DNA of 64,000 nt. Origin: Myxococcota bacterium (GTDB lineage Bacteria > Myxococcota_A > UBA796 > UBA2385). The stretch spans positions 192,001 to 256,000 of the forward strand of contig JBIJDH010000006.1 of the NCBI GenBank assembly GCA_044344255.1, given 5' to 3'. Below, piece after piece: positions 32,144-43,610 of this stretch (position 1 is its first letter; every line of letters starts with the position of its first letter). The translations under genes and the position numbers were made by a program. The notes under the pieces are model-generated. The model saw only the letters and a program-made list of their open reading frames with translations, did not search any database and was not told where the DNA came from.

Positions 32144-35100
32144 ATGCCGCTCCCGATGCCGCTCCCCCGCCTGTCCCGCTTGCCCCTCCTCGGCCTGCCC
32201 CTCCTCCTGGCCCTCGAGCTCCCCGCCGCCGCCGTGGAGCCTGCGGTGGTCGAGCCCGCCTTTCAGGCCCTCGCCGCTGGCCGGAGCGCCGAGGCGGAGC
32301 GGGCGCTCGTGCGGGCCATCGCGGGGGCCTCGGCCGCCGATCAGGCCGATCTGCGCTGCGTCCTCGGCCGGGTGCAGCGGGTGACCGGTCAGCCGCGGGC
32401 GGCGGCCCTCACCCTCGCGGCCGTGCCCCTCGAGGCCCCGTGTGGGCGCCGCGCCGCCTTCGAGCGGGCGGACGCGCTGGCCGAGCTCGGTGACACGGCG
32501 GGGGCCGCCCAGATCTACGCCGCGGCGGGGCGCCCGGTGATGGGAGAGGACCGCGACCATGCCGTGGTGGACTACGCCATCAAGCTGGCGGACCGCATCG
32601 TGGCCGACCCCGACATGGACGACGGTACCGCCGCCGCGCTGCTCGGCCTCGGCCTCGACGCCCGCCTCTCCACCGCTCATGAGGTGTCCCTCCACCGTCG
32701 CCTCGCGGACCTGCTGCTGCGCGAGCTGGATGCAGATCGGCCGGTGAACGAGACGCTGCGCGGACAGAGCTCCGAGGCCCTGCGCGGCCTCGTGCTCGCC
32801 GGCGCCCTGCCCGATGAGCCCGCGCTGCGGCGGCAGCTCGCCCGCCTGGCCCAGACCCCCGCCGACGCCGTGGCGCTCCTCGCCCCGCTCGCGGCCGACG
32901 CCGAGACGCTCGCGGTGCGCGCCCGCATCCTCACGCCCCATGGGGTCGACCGCGCCCGCCCCGACTGGGAGCGCCTCCTCGGCATGGACGCCGCCGCGAG
33001 CCTCGCCGCCCGCCGGGCCCTCGGCCTCACCTTGTCGGCCGAGGGCTCCCGCGACGCCTTCGCCCTCCTCGACGGCATCGACGACGAGCACCGCGGCAGC
33101 GAGGAGGAGGCCGACCTCGTCTCCCTCGCCGTCGCCACCGGTGACCTCGCCGACGTCGTCCGCCGCGCCGAGCGCTGGTTGCAGCGTTTCCCCTCGGGCG
33201 AGCAGCGGCCCGAGGTCGAGCGCTGGCGGCGGGACGCGATGCTCGGCCTCGCCCGGCAGGCCCTCCACGACCGGCAGCCCGCCGTCGCCCTCGCCGCCGA
33301 TGAGGCCTTCCTCGCTGCCTTCCCGAACGACGAGGAGGTCTCCCGGGTGGCCTTCGAGGCGGGCCTCGCCGCCCGCGCCGCCGGTGACCTCTCCGGCGCG
33401 CGCCGCCGCTGGGAGGAGGTGCTCGCCCGCTGGCCCGGGGGCTACGACGCCCAGCAGAGCGTGGCGGCGATCGCCAAGCTCATCGCCTTTGACCAGGGCA
33501 AGCCCGAAGAGGCCCTCTCCTGGCTCCGCGCCCAGCAGGCCGACGGGGACCGGGCCGGGGCCGCCGCGGCGGTGCGCGCCGAGCTCGAGGAGGCCGACGT
33601 CAGCATCGCCAGCCTCCGCCGGCAGGATCCGCGCTCCACCCCCACGGTGCGCCTCGCCGCCCGCAACCTCGAGACCCTGAACCTCCGCCTCCACCCCATC
33701 GATCCGGTCGCCTTCCTCCGCGCCGGCCACGGCCCCGCCTCGCTCCCCGACCTCGACGTGGCCGTCATCGCCCCCGAGCGGGAGTGGGCGGTGGCCGTGC
33801 CCGGCTACGTCCCCGCGCGTCAGCTCCGCTTCGGCGCGCCGCTCCCCAAGGTGGGCGCCGGGCTCTACGCGGTCACCGCCGCCGCCCCCACCCGCGAGGC
33901 CCGCAGCCTCGTGATGGTGAGCGATCTCGACCTCATCGCCCGGGTGAACGGCCCCGATCTCGCGGTGGCGGTCCTCCGGCACGGCCAGCGGGTGCGGGGA
34001 GCCCGGGTGCTCGTCTGGGCAGACGGGCTCATCCTCGACGGGAAGACCGACGGCGACGGGCTCTTCACCACGGAGACCTCGGCGCGGCGCCTGATCGTGC
34101 TCGGCCTCGACGGCGGCTCCCCCGCCCTGGTCGAGCTCAGCCGGCCCTCCGCCGGGGCCGCGGTCGAGCCCACCGTCGAGGCCCAGGCCGAGCTCGATCG
34201 GCCGGCCTACCGCCCCGGAGACCGCGTCGGGCTGCGCATCGTGGCGCGGAAGGGCGAGGCGCCGGTGGTCGGGGCCTGGTCGGTCTGGCTCTCGGTGGGC
34301 GGGGTCGATCTGGACCCCATCCGCCTGGAGGCCGACCGCCGGGGCCTCCTCCACGGCGCGCTGCCCCTGCCGAAGCGCCACACCGGGCTCCGCGCCGCGA
34401 AGGGCGTGCTCCGCGGGCGGGCGCCGGGGTCGTCGCAGGTCGTCGATCTGGCCCGCTTCACCGTGGTCGACGAGGCCGAGGGGCAGCGGCACCTCCGCGG
34501 GGAGTGGGTCGAAGCGGGAGAGGGCGCCGCGGGGCGGGTCCGCTTCCGCCTCCAGGAGGCCGATGGGCGGCCCGTCGTCGGCGCCCGGCTCCACTGGACC
34601 CTCAACCCGGGCACGAAAGAGGGCAGCGGGACCACCGACCCGCGGGGGGAGCTCTGGCTCGACGCCCCGCCCGAGGGCCTCGGCTGGACGGTCACCGCCG
34701 ACCTGCCCGGCTCCACGCTGCGAGAGACGGCCGGGCCTCCTTACGATCCCGCCGCCGCGCTCTTCGTCGAGGCCGACCAGGACATCCTCCGCCCCGGTGA
34801 GCCCCTGAAGCTCCAGCTCCGGGGCGGCCAGGGAGAGGCCCGCCTCCGCCTCCTCGCGCTGGACGGGGTCTCCGAGCCGGCGCCGGTGCCCGAGGCCGAC
34901 CCCTGGTCCGAGCGCCTCGCCCACGCGCTCGAGGGGCCGAAGTCCTGGCAGGGCGCCGCCCCCCCGGAGGAGGCGGGCGGCCTCGTGCGGAGCGTCTGGA
35001 CGGGCAGCCAGCGCCTGCCTGCCGCCGACGGGGCCGCGCCGGTCGAGCTCCGCGTGCCCACCACCGGGCTCGCGCCGGGGCGCTACCGCCTCGTGACGGT

Positions 35101-38100
35101 CGATGAGGCCGGGATGATCGTCCACCTGGAGCTGCGCATCGCGGCCGAGGGGCTCCGCCTCGTCGGCCTGCCCTCCCGGATCCCGGTGGGGAGGCCCTTC
35201 GACATCGGCGTGGAGGGAGCCCCGGCCCTGCTCACGGTCGAAGACGGGCGGCAGCCGGTGGAGCGCCTCCTGCAGCCGGGAGAGCGGCTGACCCTCACGC
35301 CCGGCGAAGGCTGGGGGGACACGAGTCAGCACATCAAGGTCTGCGCGACCGCCGTGGATGGCACCACCCACTGTCGGGACGTGTCGCTCGAGCGCGATCT
35401 CCGGGTGACCACGAAGGTCGAAGAGCGCGACGGCCAGTGGGTGATCGACCTCTCGGTGACCGACGCCGCCGGCGCGCCCACCCGCGCCGAGCTCGCCCTC
35501 TCCGCCCTCGACGACCGCTTCGTGTCGGGGGCCGGCCACCCGAGCCGGATCTGGTCGAGCCGCTTCCGGGGGCTCCACACGGCGGCCACCCCCGCCGGGG
35601 GTGTGGCCTCGGCCTTCCAGCACGGGCGGGAGTCCGAGGCCGTGAGCGCCGCCCTGCTCGCCGAGAGCGCGCGCGAGGAGGAGCAGCGGCGGGCCCGCGA
35701 CGCCGCCAGCGGCAAGCTGAGCTCGAGCCGAGCCTTGATCATGATGGACGAGGCGATCCTCATCACCTCGCAGGGCCTGGGCTCGATCGGCACGAGGGGG
35801 ATGGGCGGCGGGGCCTCGGGCTACGGCTCGGGGGGCGGCTCGCTCGGCGGGGTCGGCCGGGGCGGCGTCGCCGGGGGCGGCCTCACCCGCCTCCCCGGCC
35901 ACCGCGAGGCCGCGGTCTGGCTGGTGAAGGACACCGATGAGCAAGGCCACCTGCGGGTCGTCGTCGATCGGCCGCCGGTGATCGCCGACTGGACCCTCCG
36001 CGTGACCGCTGCCACCGCCACCGCCCTCGGCCACGACGAGCAGGCCCTCCCAGCGGCCCGGGTCCCCCACCTCGAGCTCCCGAGCCCCGGCCCCGGCCGG
36101 CCGGGGGACCGCCTCGATCCGCTGCTGACGCTGGTCGGGGAGGGGACGGCCCCCTTCCGAGGCAGCCTGCGGGTGGGCCGCGACACCACCCCCGTGACCG
36201 TCCAGCCCGGCGAGGCGCTGCGCCTGCCGCTCGGCGCCCTGCTCCCCGGAGAGGAGCGCGCCGTCGTGCTGCTCGACGAGGGCGGGCGGGTGATCGAGGA
36301 GGCCACGCTCCGCTTCCCGCTCTACACCGGGCCGCTCGACCCGGGTGGCGACGTCGTCTCCGTCTCGATCGGCGCCGGCGGGGGGCTCCCCTTCGTGCCC
36401 CTCGCCCTCGCTGACGATCCCGGCGCCGCCTTCGATCCCGTGCGCGCCGCCCGCCAGGGCCTCGCCGCGCTGGCCGCCCTCCCCGCCGCCGAGGGGGCGG
36501 AGCGCGAGGCCCTGCTCGCCGCCGTGCGCGCCACCCGCGGCGCCCTCCTCGAGGCCGGCCTCCCCGTGGGGCTCCCCGAGGTCGCCCTCTTCCACGTCGA
36601 GGCGGCCGGGCTCGTGGGGCTCAGCCGGGCCCAGCTCGGCGCGCTCTCCGAGGGCGGTGAGGGCCCCGTCGAGGAGCGGCTCCTGCTGCTCATCGCCCGC
36701 GCCAAGGCGGGGCAGCCGGTGGAGGAGGGCACCGTCGCCCGCCTGCTCCGGGAGGCGCCGCGGCTCTCCGAGGTCGGCGCCGCCCGCCTCGGCCGCCTGC
36801 TCGTCGCCCTCGGCCGCCCGGAGGAGGCCAAGGCCGCCCTCCGCGGGGCGGGGCCCGAGGCCGCCCTCCTCCGCCGCCAGCTCGGCCTGCCGGTCGACCG
36901 CGAGGCGCTGCTCGCCGCCGGGCCGCCCCTCGTCGGAGAGGCCGGCCGCGCCGAGTGGATCGGCGCCCTCGTCGCGCCGCGCGGCCAGGCCACCGGCCTC
37001 GCCACCGTGTCGGTCGAGGGCCAGCCGCCGCTCCACCTCGATCGCGGGGCCGGCGGCGAGCTCCGCTTCGTGCTCCCGCCGGGGGCCACGGTGCGGGTGG
37101 ACGGGCCGGCCCTCCTCACCCGCCACGGGCCGCCCACCGGCGCGCGGGCCGCGGCCTCGGCGAACCTCCCGCTCCTCCGCCTGCCCGCCGAGCTCGACGG
37201 CCTGCCGGCCCCCCTGGATCCCGACGCCGACTCGCTGCGCTGCGGTGCAGAGGGCCCCTGCCGGCTCGCCGTCGGCGACGCGCTCCGCCTCCCCGGCAGC
37301 CTGACCCCGCCGGGCTGGGCCGCCCCCGCCGGCCTCCAGGTGGAGACCGGCACGGACGGCCGCCTCGTGCTGCGGGCCGTCGTCCCCGGCCGCTTCACCC
37401 TCGCCGGCCTCTCTGTGGTCGGCGCGGAGGGCGTCGTCTCGCCGATGCGACCGATCCCCGTCGAGGTGGGCCCCATCGACCCCGCCGTCGAGGGGGGCCT
37501 GCTCGACCAGCGCATCGCGCTCCGCGTGGCGCAGGGGCGCTTCGCCCAGGGTGGGGACGGCGCGGCCCTGCTCGACCGCTGGGCGAGCCTCGAGGACTGG
37601 CCAGAGGGGGACCGGGGCGACGTCGCGGGCCTCCGCTTCCAGCAGGCCCTGCGCGACCGCCGCCCCGAGGCCGAGCTCGTCGCCCGCTTCGAGGACCTCC
37701 GCGACGCCGATCCCGGCCACGCCATCGCCTTCGACGAGGTGGTGGCCGTGGCCGACGCGTACGGTCGTGTGGGCCGCCCCGACCGCGCCCTCGACGTCTG
37801 GCGGGCGGGCCTCGGCGCCGCCTTCCTCGCCGAGGCCGCGCCGGCGCGCCAGCTCGAGGACATCACCGGGCGCTTCACCTCGCTCCAGGCGATGCGCGAG
37901 CTCATCGACCGCTACCCCGTGTTGCCCGTGGTCGAAGAGGCGGCCTTCCACCTGCCCGATCTTGCCGGCGCCATGGCCGACGAGCCGCTCCCGCCCGAGC
38001 TCGTCAACGCCGGGGTCACCGCCACCGATCTCCGCCTCCTCGCCGCCGCCTGGGGCCGCGAGCTCGTCACCCTCCACCCGCGCGCCCCGCAGGTGCCCGA

Positions 38101-39199
38101 GGCCGGCTTCGCCCTCGTCGAGGGCCTGCTCCGCCTCCGCGCCTGGGGCCCCGCCGCCGACTGGTCGGCCCGCCTCGCCGCCGCCTGGCCGGAGAGCCCG
38201 CTCCAGGACAGCTTCGTCTACCTCGAGGGGGTCTCCCGCTCCGAGCTCGGCCAGGATCGGCGCTCCATCGACCTCTTCGAGCGCCTCTCCACGGGCTCCT
38301 TCCCCCAGGAGGGGGGCGCGCTCGGGGCCGCCCGCACCCGCGAGGACGCCCGTTACGCCCTCGCCCGCCTCCACGAGGCCCGCGGGCGCCTCACCGAGGC
38401 CAAGGCCCTCTACGCCGAGGCCGCCCCCCACCGCCCCGAGGCCCGCCGCTCCGAGGAGGCCCTCTCCCGCGTGGAGCTCGAGGCGCAGGGGCTCGTCCTG
38501 CTCAAGGCTTCCGACTCGGCCGACCTCCCCCTCCGCCTCGCCAACGTCGACCGCGTGCACATCCGCGCCTATCGGCTCGACCTCCGCACCATCTTCCTCC
38601 GCGACGGCGGTCTCGAGCGGGCTCGCGAGGTGGAGATCGCCGGCATCAGCCCGGTCTGGTCGGGCGAGGCCCCGGGCAACGCCGCCCCCTTCCCGCGGGA
38701 GGTCGAGCTCGGCCTGCCCCTCCGCGGCGCCGGGGCCTGGCTCATCCAGCTCGACGGCGGCGGGCGCACGGCCACCTCCCTCGTCGTGCGCTCCGACCTC
38801 GAGATGGACAGCCTGCTCGAGGGCAGCGTCCAGCGGGTCACCCTCCACCACGGCAGCGGCGCCCCCGCCGCAGGCATCGAGGTCCGCGCCGTGTCCGGCG
38901 GCGAGGTGAAGGCCAGCCGCACCGACCTCCGCGGTGTCACCACCCTGCCCGCCGGCAGCCTCGTGCTCGCCTGGGACGGCGACGACCTCGCCTTCACCGC
39001 CCCCCAGGGCGCCCATGACGGCTGGGGCGCGCCCCCGGCCTCGCCGGCGCCCCCGCGGGGCATGCCGATGGAGTCCGAGGACGACCTCCTCGACGGCCTG
39101 CGCAACGATCTGCAGGAGCAGCGCGCCCGCAACGCCGCCGGCTACGAGCAGCGCTACCAGAAGCAGGCCGCCGAGGCCATCGACGCCAACATGCTGTAG
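32144..39199 (+). CDS. large secreted alpha-2-macroglobulin-like protein with TPR regions
   Basis: Signal peptide; MG-domain signatures LVMVSDLDL, LDRPAYRPGDRV, AELALSALD, TDEQG; TPR-like helical repeats at both ends. Confidence 0.7.
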   Translation: MPLPMPLPRLSRLPLLGLPLLLALELPAAAVEPAVVEPAFQALAAGRSAEAERALVRAIAGASAADQADLRCVLGRVQRVTGQPRAAALTLAAVPLEAPCGRRAAFERADALAELGDTAGAAQIYAAAGRPVMGEDRDHAVVDYAIKLADRIVADPDMDDGTAAALLGLGLDARLSTAHEVSLHRRLADLLLRELDADRPVNETLRGQSSEALRGLVLAGALPDEPALRRQLARLAQTPADAVALLAPLAADAETLAVRARILTPHGVDRARPDWERLLGMDAAASLAARRALGLTLSAEGSRDAFALLDGIDDEHRGSEEEADLVSLAVATGDLADVVRRAERWLQRFPSGEQRPEVERWRRDAMLGLARQALHDRQPAVALAADEAFLAAFPNDEEVSRVAFEAGLAARAAGDLSGARRRWEEVLARWPGGYDAQQSVAAIAKLIAFDQGKPEEALSWLRAQQADGDRAGAAAAVRAELEEADVSIASLRRQDPRSTPTVRLAARNLETLNLRLHPIDPVAFLRAGHGPASLPDLDVAVIAPEREWAVAVPGYVPARQLRFGAPLPKVGAGLYAVTAAAPTREARSLVMVSDLDLIARVNGPDLAVAVLRHGQRVRGARVLVWADGLILDGKTDGDGLFTTETSARRLIVLGLDGGSPALVELSRPSAGAAVEPTVEAQAELDRPAYRPGDRVGLRIVARKGEAPVVGAWSVWLSVGGVDLDPIRLEADRRGLLHGALPLPKRHTGLRAAKGVLRGRAPGSSQVVDLARFTVVDEAEGQRHLRGEWVEAGEGAAGRVRFRLQEADGRPVVGARLHWTLNPGTKEGSGTTDPRGELWLDAPPEGLGWTVTADLPGSTLRETAGPPYDPAAALFVEADQDILRPGEPLKLQLRGGQGEARLRLLALDGVSEPAPVPEADPWSERLAHALEGPKSWQGAAPPEEAGGLVRSVWTGSQRLPAADGAAPVELRVPTTGLAPGRYRLVTVDEAGMIVHLELRIAAEGLRLVGLPSRIPVGRPFDIGVEGAPALLTVEDGRQPVERLLQPGERLTLTPGEGWGDTSQHIKVCATAVDGTTHCRDVSLERDLRVTTKVEERDGQWVIDLSVTDAAGAPTRAELALSALDDRFVSGAGHPSRIWSSRFRGLHTAATPAGGVASAFQHGRESEAVSAALLAESAREEEQRRARDAASGKLSSSRALIMMDEAILITSQGLGSIGTRGMGGGASGYGSGGGSLGGVGRGGVAGGGLTRLPGHREAAVWLVKDTDEQGHLRVVVDRPPVIADWTLRVTAATATALGHDEQALPAARVPHLELPSPGPGRPGDRLDPLLTLVGEGTAPFRGSLRVGRDTTPVTVQPGEALRLPLGALLPGEERAVVLLDEGGRVIEEATLRFPLYTGPLDPGGDVVSVSIGAGGGLPFVPLALADDPGAAFDPVRAARQGLAALAALPAAEGAEREALLAAVRATRGALLEAGLPVGLPEVALFHVEAAGLVGLSRAQLGALSEGGEGPVEERLLLLIARAKAGQPVEEGTVARLLREAPRLSEVGAARLGRLLVALGRPEEAKAALRGAGPEAALLRRQLGLPVDREALLAAGPPLVGEAGRAEWIGALVAPRGQATGLATVSVEGQPPLHLDRGAGGELRFVLPPGATVRVDGPALLTRHGPPTGARAAASANLPLLRLPAELDGLPAPLDPDADSLRCGAEGPCRLAVGDALRLPGSLTPPGWAAPAGLQVETGTDGRLVLRAVVPGRFTLAGLSVVGAEGVVSPMRPIPVEVGPIDPAVEGGLLDQRIALRVAQGRFAQGGDGAALLDRWASLEDWPEGDRGDVAGLRFQQALRDRRPEAELVARFEDLRDADPGHAIAFDEVVAVADAYGRVGRPDRALDVWRAGLGAAFLAEAAPARQLEDITGRFTSLQAMRELIDRYPVLPVVEEAAFHLPDLAGAMADEPLPPELVNAGVTATDLRLLAAAWGRELVTLHPRAPQVPEAGFALVEGLLRLRAWGPAADWSARLAAAWPESPLQDSFVYLEGVSRSELGQDRRSIDLFERLSTGSFPQEGGALGAARTREDARYALARLHEARGRLTEAKALYAEAAPHRPEARRSEEALSRVELEAQGLVLLKASDSADLPLRLANVDRVHIRAYRLDLRTIFLRDGGLERAREVEIAGISPVWSGEAPGNAAPFPREVELGLPLRGAGAWLIQLDGGGRTATSLVVRSDLEMDSLLEGSVQRVTLHHGSGAPAAGIEVRAVSGGEVKASRTDLRGVTTLPAGSLVLAWDGDDLAFTAPQGAHDGWGAPPASPAPPRGMPMESEDDLLDGLRNDLQEQRARNAAGYEQRYQKQAAEAIDANML

Positions 39200-39223
39200 G
39201 CTCGGCCTCGGAGGGGGCGCGGC

Positions 39224-40323
<1,100 letters not shown>

Positions 40324-40420
40324 CCGCGGTCGGGGCGGCCGACGGGTTCAGGTGTCTCCGACGGAGAGATGCGCTATGGGGCTGTTGTTCCCTTGAGCAG
40401 GGGGCGAGGAAGGGCGGTCG

Positions 40421-42121
40421 ATGTCTCCGATGCCAGCCAGTCTGCTGTTGTTGACCGCCTGCCAGTCCGCTCTGGTACCGGGCTTCTCCCTCCGAGATCC
40501 CGACACCGCTGCGGGCGTGGAGGCCAGCCCAGGCCCGGATTCCCAAGACACCTCATCCCCGCCCGGCGGGTCCGAAGGGGTGGTTGATCTCGGGGCGGCC
40601 TCCGTGCCCGATGAAGCCGACGCGGTCTTCGATCTCGGGGCGGTACATCGGATCGACCTGACGATGGCCGCGGCCGACTGGCTTCAGGTGAGGGACAACC
40701 CCGGCACGGAGGTCTGGTACGCAGCAGATTTCACTTGGGAGGGCGAGTCCATGCCGAATATCGGCATTCGCGCCTTCGGTCAGGGCTCGGTCGTCGCAGG
40801 AAAGCCACCCATAAAGCTCGACTTCGACCGCTACGAGGACGGGGCCGAGTGGCGTGGGCTCGAACAGATCAAGCTCGACAGCTCCGTCCAGGACGCCGGT
40901 TTCCTCAACGAGGCGGTGGGGACCCGTGTTCTGCGAGAGATGGACCTTCCGGCGGCCCGCACCGGATGGGCTCAGGTCTATGTGAACGGCACGCTCGCGG
41001 GCCTCTTCGTGGTGCTGGAGTCCATCGACGATCAGTTCTTGAAGCGGTGGTTCGGCGACGACGACGGGCCGCTCTACGGGATGGGAACCTGGATGTATGG
41101 GCAAGGGCTCAATCCCATCACCTGGGGCACCGTGCTTGATTGGTATGAGCCACAGACCTCCGCCGGTGGTGATGGGAACGAGATCCTCGCCGCCATCGAG
41201 GCCACGGCATCAGGGACGGACGACGAGTTCGCGGCGGCGGTGGATGTGGAGCGTTTCTCCAGGATCGCCGTGACCCGCTCCGCCATGGGGGCAATCGATC
41301 AATTCGCGGCGGACGGAAACAACTTCTACCTTTACGTCCACGACGGTCGTATCACGCCGATTGCCTGGGATCTGGACGCCGACCTGGGCTACCCCTACTA
41401 CTTCAACAATGCGCTCGAGATGGGCCTGGAGGAACCCTGGCTCTGGTCACATGCCAGGTACAACCCGGTAACTGGCGCGATCTATTCGGACCCTGTGCAT
41501 GCCCGGGCGGTCGCAGCGGGTTGGGACACGGAGGGGTGGCTCGCCGCCCTGCTCGCCGGCCCCCTGGACTGGGGCCTCCTCGATGCCCAGATATCGGGGT
41601 ATGAGGCTGTCATCCACGATGCGGCTTGCTCGGACACCTACATCTCCTGTGCGAGCTTTGAGCACCGGGTGGTTGACCTCCGCTTCTTCCTGCACACCCG
41701 GTTGGCGCGCCTCTCTGGCGCGGAGGTGGCGGCCTGCGAGCCTGCCCCGGACTGGTCGGTCACCGCGGTGTACGGGACCGCGTCCGTCGGCGCGAGCAGC
41801 TGGGCGCCCGGCTTCATGGTGGGCGGAGTCCATGCCTGTACCGGCATCTATGCGCCCGCCCCGAGCCGGATCGCCCTCGGTGTCGGGGCCGGCACGCTCT
41901 CCGGCGCGGCAGGGGTCCATGACCAGAACATGAACGGCTCCGCAGGGGTTCATTTCTCGATCATCCAAGACGACGTCATCCTTTGGGAGCGCACGGTCCT
42001 TGCTTATGAAGCGGCTGTTGCCTTCTCGGTTCCCGTCGCTGAAGGGAATGTGCTGCTGGTCGCGGAGGGCGGCACACCCGCCTATGACGGGGCATCCTGG
42101 GTGAACCTCGTCGTACCCTGA
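40421..42121 (+). CDS. CotH kinase-family lipoprotein with a C-terminal NPCBM-like domain
   Basis: Lipobox LTAC, GIRAFGQGS, KLDFD, VYVNG, ESIDDQFL, NNFYLY, IAWDLD; GC visibly lower than flanking genes. Confidence 0.85.
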   Translation: MSPMPASLLLLTACQSALVPGFSLRDPDTAAGVEASPGPDSQDTSSPPGGSEGVVDLGAASVPDEADAVFDLGAVHRIDLTMAAADWLQVRDNPGTEVWYAADFTWEGESMPNIGIRAFGQGSVVAGKPPIKLDFDRYEDGAEWRGLEQIKLDSSVQDAGFLNEAVGTRVLREMDLPAARTGWAQVYVNGTLAGLFVVLESIDDQFLKRWFGDDDGPLYGMGTWMYGQGLNPITWGTVLDWYEPQTSAGGDGNEILAAIEATASGTDDEFAAAVDVERFSRIAVTRSAMGAIDQFAADGNNFYLYVHDGRITPIAWDLDADLGYPYYFNNALEMGLEEPWLWSHARYNPVTGAIYSDPVHARAVAAGWDTEGWLAALLAGPLDWGLLDAQISGYEAVIHDAACSDTYISCASFEHRVVDLRFFLHTRLARLSGAEVAACEPAPDWSVTAVYGTASVGASSWAPGFMVGGVHACTGIYAPAPSRIALGVGAGTLSGAAGVHDQNMNGSAGVHFSIIQDDVILWERTVLAYEAAVAFSVPVAEGNVLLVAEGGTPAYDGASWVNLVVP

Positions 42122-42151
42122 TGGGCGAAACGATGGGATCGACAGCGATAC

Positions 42152-42213
42152 CTACCAGACACCATAGGGCCCACCATAAGCCCCCATGTCGTTCCGACTC
42201 GTGTCCCCGTCAT
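42152..42213 (-). pseudogene. 3' remnant of a secreted-protein gene
   Basis: Minus frame DGDTSRNDMGAYGGPYGVW*, resembling the DxDGxRxDMGAYGGP C-terminal motif of beta-helix-type extracellular proteins. Confidence 0.55.
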
Positions 42214-42262
42214 GTAGGCTGAGCGCGATGACTGCTCCCCGCCGTTCATGCGCCCTATCCCC

Positions 42263-42383
42263 GGCAGACGCCTCGAGCATCAACCTGTCCCGCTCGATGG
42301 TATACGGTGTGGGGGTGCTGCGGGAGGCGCTCGCTTATCGGTGGCGGCGGATGACTGGGGGCGGGTCGACGCCGACCACCTGA
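42263..42383 (+). pseudogene. diverged second copy of the GT2 gene 3' end
   Basis: 42263-42350 aligns with 39841-39928 ([11 protein letters not shown][I/M]VYG[A/V][13 protein letters not shown]) with mostly third-position changes. Confidence 0.9.
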
Positions 42384-42435
42384 AGGCCTGATCAGTACAA
42401 GGCGTTGGTGCGGGCGCCCCGATAAGGGCCTTGGT

Positions 42436-43407
42436 ATGACGACCCAACCCGAGAACGATCCCCGCAGCGCGCGGGTCCTCCGCATGTACCGCTGGTTCCT
42501 GTCCGGCCGGAAGGGCAAGACCGCTGAGGTCGCGGCCCATTGCGCCGCCGGAGACAAACGGAAGGCCCTCGCCGATCTGAAGCTCCTCGTGGACGAAGGC
42601 GCGATCGTCGCGCGGGGGGAGGGGGTAGACCGCATCTACGAGCTCCCGAGCACGACGCTCCCCCGGGAGCTCGATCTGCACGACGCCATCGCCCTCCTCC
42701 TCGGCAAGCAGGTCACCTCCTTCCTCGGCGGGGTGGGCCTCAACACCGTCTTCGAGCGCCTCGCCTTTGACCGCAGCCTCGACGTGCGGCGGCGCAGCCA
42801 CTTCGAGGGCAAGTTCATCTGTCTGCACGAGCCGGTTCGCGTGTACGACGAGCTTGCGGCGGCGGTGCTGCCCACGCTCGTGTGCGCCCTCATCGAGGAG
42901 CGGGCCGTGGAGCTCGACTATCGGCACAGCGGCGGCGAGATCGAGACCCTCCGTCACTTCCAGCCCCTCTCCCTCGCCCTCTATCGGCGGGGGATCTACA
43001 TCCTCGGGCGCTGCCCGGGGGAGCGCGCCCACCGCAGCCTCGCGCTCGAGCGCTTCGGTCGGGTTGTCCTCGGCGAAGCGGTCGAGTACCCGGCCGGCTG
43101 GGACCCGCAGCGCGTCCTCCGCCAGACCTTCGGGGTCTGGACGGATGGGCCCGTCGAGCGCGTCCGGCTGCGTTTCCCCGCGGCCCGGGCGCACCTCGTC
43201 TGGGCGCGAGAGTGGGTCGTCGGCCAGGTGATCACCGAGCTCCCGGAGGGCGGAGTCGAGCTCTGTTTTCAGGCGCGGGGAAAGGAGCTCGTGCGCTTCT
43301 GCCTGGAGTGGGGCCCGGCCGTGACCGTGATCGAGCCGGCTTGGCTGCGCGAGGCCGTGGTGGCGGAGCTGCGGGCTGCGCTCGCGAACTACCCCGGCGA
43401 GACCTGA
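42436..43407 (+). CDS. WYL-domain transcriptional regulator (wHTH-WYL-WCX)
   Basis: N-terminal HTH, VELDYR, FQPLSL, IYILG, RSLALERF, FGVW, LEWGPAVTVIEPAWLR. Confidence 0.9.
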   Translation: MTTQPENDPRSARVLRMYRWFLSGRKGKTAEVAAHCAAGDKRKALADLKLLVDEGAIVARGEGVDRIYELPSTTLPRELDLHDAIALLLGKQVTSFLGGVGLNTVFERLAFDRSLDVRRRSHFEGKFICLHEPVRVYDELAAAVLPTLVCALIEERAVELDYRHSGGEIETLRHFQPLSLALYRRGIYILGRCPGERAHRSLALERFGRVVLGEAVEYPAGWDPQRVLRQTFGVWTDGPVERVRLRFPAARAHLVWAREWVVGQVITELPEGGVELCFQARGKELVRFCLEWGPAVTVIEPAWLREAVVAELRAALANYPGET

Positions 43408-43449
43408 GGGGATCGCAGACCGTTCACCCAGGTGTGCGGTTGACCCGCT

Positions 43450-43560
43450 CCCCGACCCCGGCCCTCCCCACGAGGGGAGGCAGCCTGGCCCGTAGGACGT
43501 TCGGCGAACCCGCCAATTCGGTCCCCTCCCCCCTCTGTGGGGGAGGGACAGGGTGGGGGG
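43450..43560. repeat. REP-like inverted palindrome doublet, copy B
   Basis: CCTCCCC-ACGA-GGGGAGG and CCCTCCCCC-CTCTGT-GGGGGAGGG; homologous to 40026-40165. Confidence 0.75.
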
Positions 43561-43610
43561 CGCCTCGTGGGATGGTGCCGAAAAGCACGTTGTAAAGTCC
43601 ATTTGTTGGA

